Positions 36,555 through 40,178 of a stretch of 40,178 nucleotides of DNA are shown one piece after another. A model generated the notes under the pieces. It worked only from the letters and a program-made list of their open reading frames with translations, did not search any database and was not told where the DNA came from. Position 1 is the first letter of the stretch; each line of letters opens with the position of its first letter. Made by a program: the position numbers and the translations under genes. The stretch is taken from the sequence record SRR2962707_771. One strand, 5' to 3'.

Positions 36555-38222
36555 TTACACCTTGAAATAACTAATTTTTGCAGACAGTTGCGACGCCAGA
36601 TTAGCCAGTTGGTCTGCGGATTCACTGATGGCGTGAATTGAGTCCGTGGTTTTCGACGCGATTTCTGTAATGTTGGTGACATTACGGCTCACTTCTGATG
36701 TAACGCTGGCTTGTTCTTCTGCTGTGCTAGAGATTCGATCGTTCATATCACGAATCTTCGACACAGACAGGTTGATGTTCTCAAGAGACGATTCTTCATG
36801 TTTTACTTGGCTTACCGCTTCAGTTGAGCGCTTATGGCTCGATGTCATGGCTTTCACCGCCGAAGCAGTACCTGAGTTGAGTAAGGCTATCATCTTCTCG
36901 ATTTGTTGGGTGGCATTTTGCGTATTAAGCGCCAAGTGTCGCACTTCGTCCGCAACGACGGCAAACCCTCGACCTTGCTCACCGGCTCTGGCGGCTTCGA
37001 TGGCCGCGTTAAGTGCCAATAGATTCGTTTGTTCAGCAATGCCAAGAATGACATTGAGTATATTACTGATTTCGTTTGTGTTGGCTTCCAGTTCGTTGAT
37101 GATATTGGCAGAGCTGGAAATCTCTTCGGCTAATTCTTGAATGCTGCCAATCGTATTGGCAACAATTTTGGCGCCTTCATTGGCGGCTATTTCTGCATCG
37201 TGGGCGGCTTTACTGGCATCGCTGGTGGATTCAGAAACATGCACGGCAGTGGCTTGAATTTCTTGCACCGCTTGCGATATTTGCGAGGTCTCTTGTTGCT
37301 GGCGCTCGACCATCTCGGATGATTCATCGGTGATCTTGTTTAATGCGTTGGCGGAGCTGGTCAGCATGCTACTCGATTGTGCCACCTCATTGATAATACC
37401 GCGCAGTTGAGCGACTAGCTTATCCATGGCGGTTTCTAACATGCCAATTTCATCTTTACGGGTAGAGCGAGACTCTTTCAAGATGAGTTCACCTGAGGCG
37501 ATTTCTTCCGCACGACGAACCGCTTTGCGCAGTGGCACACAAATGCCATTAACAATAATCAGACTGATCACCAGGCCAACAACAATCAGCACGGCGGCAA
37601 TAATGCCACTGGCGTAGGTGCTTTGGTCCATGCTTTGTTCTTGCTGCTGGGTGGTTTTGTCGTTGTAGTCGTGGAGTGCGGTCAGTATGTCTTCCATCTG
37701 TGCATTGATGGCTTTTAAACTGGCGTCGGCGCTGCGGCGTGATTTGTTCGCCTGCATGGTTTTCAGCTTGGTCCACCATTGGTAAGTGGATGTGCTCGCT
37801 TTTAAGAAGATGGCTTGTTGCTCTTCAAGGGCGTCAATTTGCGTTAGTAAGACAGTGCGCTCTTCATTGGCTGGCATGGTGGTCAAAATACGTTTGGCAT
37901 TTTCAATGCTACTGACCAGTTCGTTTGTGTATTTTTTGAATTTTTTCTCGGATTCTTTGATTTGCTCGGTGCCATAACCAATGATGGATTTGGCAATGGA
38001 GACCTGAAAAAAACCACGCTCGAACTCAACGGATTGCTGCAGCAAGAGCTGACGGCTTTTTTCTAAATTGCTCATTAGGTCTATGTTCTGGTTAGACAAT
38101 GTTTGTAATTCGGAAAAAACTTTTTTACTGGAAATGGCGGAGTTCACACTGACGCCAATGATGACGATCGAAAACAACGCAATAAGAGAGAGTATTTTGG
38201 TGCGGACAGAAAAATTCAGCAT
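36555..38222 (-). CDS. Methyl-accepting chemotaxis protein (helical periplasmic sensor, HAMP)
   Basis: Two TMs, HAMP (PL..AV...IASGEL...DEIG.L), [34 protein letters not shown]. Confidence 0.93.
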   Translation of the reverse strand: MLNFSVRTKILSLIALFSIVIIGVSVNSAISSKKVFSELQTLSNQNIDLMSNLEKSRQLLLQQSVEFERGFFQVSIAKSIIGYGTEQIKESEKKFKKYTNELVSSIENAKRILTTMPANEERTVLLTQIDALEEQQAIFLKASTSTYQWWTKLKTMQANKSRRSADASLKAINAQMEDILTALHDYNDKTTQQQEQSMDQSTYASGIIAAVLIVVGLVISLIIVNGICVPLRKAVRRAEEIASGELILKESRSTRKDEIGMLETAMDKLVAQLRGIINEVAQSSSMLTSSANALNKITDESSEMVERQQQETSQISQAVQEIQATAVHVSESTSDASKAAHDAEIAANEGAKIVANTIGSIQELAEEISSSANIINELEANTNEISNILNVILGIAEQTNLLALNAAIEAARAGEQGRGFAVVADEVRHLALNTQNATQQIEKMIALLNSGTASAVKAMTSSHKRSTEAVSQVKHEESSLENINLSVSKIRDMNDRISSTAEEQASVTSEVSRNVTNITEIASKTTDSIHAISESADQLANLASQLSAKISYFKV

Positions 38223-38268
38223 GCATTAACCTAGTTGTCATTATGTGAGAGGTGACTTTATTATTTTG

Positions 38269-38285
38269 AGCAAAACATATGCCAA
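38269..38285 (-). promoter_or_regulatory. Candidate sigma54 promoter of the MCP gene
   Basis: Minus strand TTGGCATATGTTTTGCT, with canonical GG-N10-GC spacing. Confidence 0.55.
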
Positions 38286-38295
38286 TAGATACCGA

Positions 38296-38322
38296 GTATC
38301 GGATATCTTTTGTTCTAGCTTA
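38296..38322 (-). promoter_or_regulatory. Candidate sigma28 (FliA) promoter of the MCP gene
   Basis: Minus strand TAAG-N15-TCCGATAC versus consensus TAAA-N15-GCCGATAA. Confidence 0.5.
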
Positions 38323-38491
38323 ATACGTGTGTAAATTGTTTGTCTATCTACTTGTTCGTTTTCATGAAGTATTCGCTATATATCGGAAAATAAAGGATAA
38401 AATCTCTGACTATCATAAATTCGGGAGAGGGAAGTTATGGTGTGGGATTTGTTTGTTTTTTGAACTGAATGAGAGCGAATTTGAGGCAAAT

Positions 38492-38534
38492 AAAAAAAGA
38501 GACACGGATAGGAAACGGCTTCCTGTGTCTCTTT
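38492..38534 (-). terminator. Intrinsic terminator after hisI
   Basis: AAAGAGACAC...GTGTCTCTTT stem, giving a U7 tract on the minus strand. Confidence 0.7.
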
Positions 38535-38562
38535 GTTGTGCAGGTTTGTTGTGGGTTTTGCG

Positions 38563-38967
38563 TTATTGTGGTGCGCTATGGATGACAACCTTGTCACCCT
38601 CAACACGAAAGAAGAAGCAGTCGCGTCGATTGGTGTGGCAGGCAGGGCCTTTTTGATCCACTTGCAATAAAATGCAATCCCCATCGCAATCAAAAGACAT
38701 GGACACTAAAGATTGTCGATGGCCAGAGCTTTCTCCTTTGCGCCAATAGGTTTGGCGGGAGCGAGACCAATAGCAAACTTGGCTTGTTTCCAGTGTTTCA
38801 CGAATGGATTTTTCATTCATGTAAGCCAGCATTAATACTTCGCCTGTATCGTGCTGTTGTGCGATGCAGGCAATTAATCCGGCATCGTCTGTTTTAAGAT
38901 TAGCGAGCACCTCATCCAGTGCTAGCGTCTCGCCTTTCTTCATGGTTTCAAACGCTTTTAAACTCAT
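38563..38967 (-). CDS. hisI: Phosphoribosyl-AMP cyclohydrolase
   Basis: VLMLAYMN, YWSRSR...WRKGESSG, DCDGD, GPACHT.RRDCF; start ATG 38967 with AGGA SD. Confidence 0.93.
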   Translation of the reverse strand: MSLKAFETMKKGETLALDEVLANLKTDDAGLIACIAQQHDTGEVLMLAYMNEKSIRETLETSQVCYWSRSRQTYWRKGESSGHRQSLVSMSFDCDGDCILLQVDQKGPACHTNRRDCFFFRVEGDKVVIHSAPQ

Positions 38968-38992
38968 GCTTTGTTTCCTGTTTTGCTTGTCT

Positions 38993-39859
38993 TTATTGTG
39001 CATCTATTCGTTTTTCTGAAATGGCGCCTTTGCCGACGCCTTCAAAGGCATGAACCTCAAAGTGTGAACCAGGGTTTTCTTCGGCAAGAGTGTCGGCAAT
39101 GTGCGCCGAAAGAGACTCTACCGTGGTGTCGCTGTTCAGCATGTAGACTTGCTCGCTGTCGATGAGCAGTTCAAACTGGCCTTGGGCACTTTCATAGCCA
39201 AACCTGTGATAGTGGTGCTCGTCTTCGTCGATCAATTCAAGCAGGTCTTCTTCTGTGCCTAAATAGCTGTCTTCCCAGCGTTTGGCCCATTCTTTTTCTC
39301 GTTCTAAACTGCGTTCACCGTCTTCATAAATTTCGATGGTTGAGCGATGGCCATGGGCGATGCGTTGGCAATTACCGGCATGCTTTTTTAAACCGTGGCT
39401 ATATTGGTACTCGGCGCCATCGATGTTTTCAGGTGAAAAGCGTACGCGAACGGCTTCTAGTTCCGCTGGTAGCAAGTTCAATATTTGCGACTCTACCCAG
39501 GCCGCTGCCGCTTCTGGGGTGATGGTGCTCATCGGCAAGCGGCAAATAGCTTGGTTTGGTGCTTGGCATAGGAAGCGACGACCATCCGCATGGTCAAACT
39601 GAAAAGAGACGCGATCCTTGTCTAAGGTGGTGAATGTGGTGCTCGGGTGCTCAGCCGGGATCGCGAGCATATGATCGATGTGATCATCTAGCCATTTCTT
39701 AATGTGTTTTTTGACAAGACTGAAGTCGCAGATCATGCTCTCGTCGTTAAGCTTGCCGGTCAGCACTATGTCTGTTTGCCAGCTTTCGCCTAATAAACCG
39801 CGCTCAGCATCAAAGTAGGATAAATCCACGTGCGTAAGGTTTTTAACAAATAGCTTCAA
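38993..39859 (-). CDS. Two-domain QueD-like 6-carboxytetrahydropterin synthase (PTPS family)
   Basis: C-terminal half YSHGLKKHAGNCQRIAHGH, TTVE, EGVGKGA; N-terminal half a degenerate repeat (DFSLVKK..DH); TTG start with GAGGAG SD. Confidence 0.8.
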   Translation of the reverse strand: MKLFVKNLTHVDLSYFDAERGLLGESWQTDIVLTGKLNDESMICDFSLVKKHIKKWLDDHIDHMLAIPAEHPSTTFTTLDKDRVSFQFDHADGRRFLCQAPNQAICRLPMSTITPEAAAAWVESQILNLLPAELEAVRVRFSPENIDGAEYQYSHGLKKHAGNCQRIAHGHRSTIEIYEDGERSLEREKEWAKRWEDSYLGTEEDLLELIDEDEHHYHRFGYESAQGQFELLIDSEQVYMLNSDTTVESLSAHIADTLAEENPGSHFEVHAFEGVGKGAISEKRIDAQ

Positions 39860-40021
39860 GTAGCCACTCCTCTAAAAATGATGGCGCTATCTTACCGTAA
39901 ATAGCGAAACTGGTACTAATCTAAAAAACAACGAAAGGGTAAGGGGAGTGTGCATAAACTGTTCGATTTGAGGGGGGAAATGTTTTTTTTGCTAAGCATT
40001 TGAAAAACGTAGTAAAACTTG

Positions 40022-40049
40022 TTGATATTTCATCATGGCTGCGTATAAT
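40022..40049 (+). promoter_or_regulatory. Sigma70 promoter of ffs
   Basis: TTGATA-N16-TATAAT followed by a GC-rich discriminator, about 30 nt upstream of the mature RNA. Confidence 0.7.
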
Positions 40050-40079
40050 TCTGCCCCAAGGTCAACAGGCCTCCTTTAT

Positions 40080-40178
40080 GGTGTCTCTGCTGGTCCCCTC
40101 GCAACGATAAACCGTTAACCTGGTCAGGTCCGGAAGGAAGCAGCCACAGCGGTGGACTTGTGTGCCGAGGTGCGGCTG
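40080..40178 (+). ncRNA. ffs: Signal recognition particle RNA (4.5S), 3' end cut by the window
   Basis: Helix-8 signature GGTCAGGTCCGGAAGGAAGCAGCC with flanks collinear with E. coli 4.5S RNA (CTCTG.TGGT...GCAACG...TGTGCCG...GCTG). Confidence 0.95.

Noticed and set aside
38327-38693. ORFs 38327-38656 (+) and 38376-38693 (-)
   Set aside because: They cross a terminator and overlap hisI, and show no recognisable motifs. The other short ORFs nested in long genes were dismissed for the same kind of reason.

Overview
A 40 kb stretch of ordinary chromosome from a marine-type gammaproteobacterium; gene content suggests Marinomonas/Oceanospirillales, which is an inference. I see no prophage, IS, integrase, CRISPR, tRNA or rRNA. 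In order: a truncated membrane-anchored (probable RND adaptor) gene; a tightly coupled operon uup - DUF2760 - Hsp70-like - Hsp70-like/DUF3731; a secreted class 3 lipase; a secreted ParB/Srx-fold protein; a YeeE/YedE sulfur transporter; a PAS-PAS-GGDEF-EAL protein; a Cache MCP; an RraA-family protein; a very acidic unknown protein; an M14 cytosolic carboxypeptidase plus MazG-like pyrophosphatase; efpL/yeiP; yaeQ; a dienelactone hydrolase; a GTDC1/QTMAN-like glycosyltransferase; a dabAB inorganic-carbon pump with a divergent LysR; a YnjBCD-like ABC transporter; an AstE/AspA hydrolase; a UvrD-like helicase; a 2OG-Fe(II) oxygenase; a class II glutamine amidotransferase; a second MCP with candidate tandem sigma28 and sigma54 promoters; hisI; a tandem QueD-like protein; and the SRP RNA (ffs), cut by the window end. 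The best candidate for an uncharacterised system is the three-gene module of two atypical Hsp70 paralogues (linker-variant; one lidless, one with an extra helical domain) and a DUF2760 protein whose C-terminus resembles GrpE, with no J-domain gene in the window. The runner-up is a bacterial homologue of the animal queuosine-tRNA mannosyltransferase. All family calls come from motif recognition by eye; no searches were run.
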